A DNA stretch of 30,137 nt from a virus. The translations under genes and the position numbers were made by a program. Location of the stretch: positions 1 to 30,137 of IMG/VR virus record IMGVR_UViG_3300045988_103368; one strand, 5' to 3'. The notes beneath the pieces are model-generated. The model saw only the letters and a program-made list of their open reading frames with translations. It did not search any database and was not told where the DNA came from. Position 1 is the first letter of the stretch. Each line of letters starts with the position of its first letter. Shown piece after piece: positions 30,077-30,137 of the stretch.

Positions 30077-30137
30077 GTGTTTTTTTATAATTTTTACATT
30101 TTTATTTTTTAAACCTCAATACTATTGTTTTTATCCG

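Overview
The window is about 30 kb of a temperate siphovirus-type prophage in a low-GC Firmicute (Clostridia-like). Almost all of it is transcribed leftward, on the minus strand.

Gene order from right to left:
- a host-side initiator tRNA-Met gene, whose 3' end overlaps the end of a large serine integrase
- a CI/Cro-type switch with three palindromic operators and two back-to-back consensus promoters
- an early region in which two rightward cassettes are embedded antisense in the leftward operon
- an HUH rolling-circle Rep gene and a RecU-type resolvase
- several small unknown genes
- an ArpU/DUF1492-type sigma-like regulator, a ParB-like protein and a C5 cytosine methyltransferase
- a complete packaging, head and tail module: TerS, TerL, portal, gp10-like protein, MuF/gp7, scaffold, capsid, connectors, major tail protein, G/GT chaperones, a 1743-aa tape measure, Dit and Tal
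- a rightward moron at the left end, and the first 6 codons of the next leftward gene

Observations most worth follow-up:
1. Two paralogous lysogeny-strand cassettes encode wHTH plus C-terminal TM proteins. Each is convergent with a small lytic-strand ORF, and the stop codons overlap.
2. A long MuF protein carries an unassigned C-terminal module, followed by a small ORF and a terminator. This is the polymorphic-toxin/immunity layout.
3. An 18-nt motif occurs five times at module junctions, at a fixed 16-19 nt upstream of start codons and often just after terminators.
4. A cleanly delimited antisense sRNA candidate lies at the early/late boundary.
5. A 45-nt palindrome and attenuator-like hairpins lie upstream of the Rep gene.
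6. The integrase ORF runs into the tRNA gene.

All family calls come from motif recognition by eye. No database search or folding program was run.
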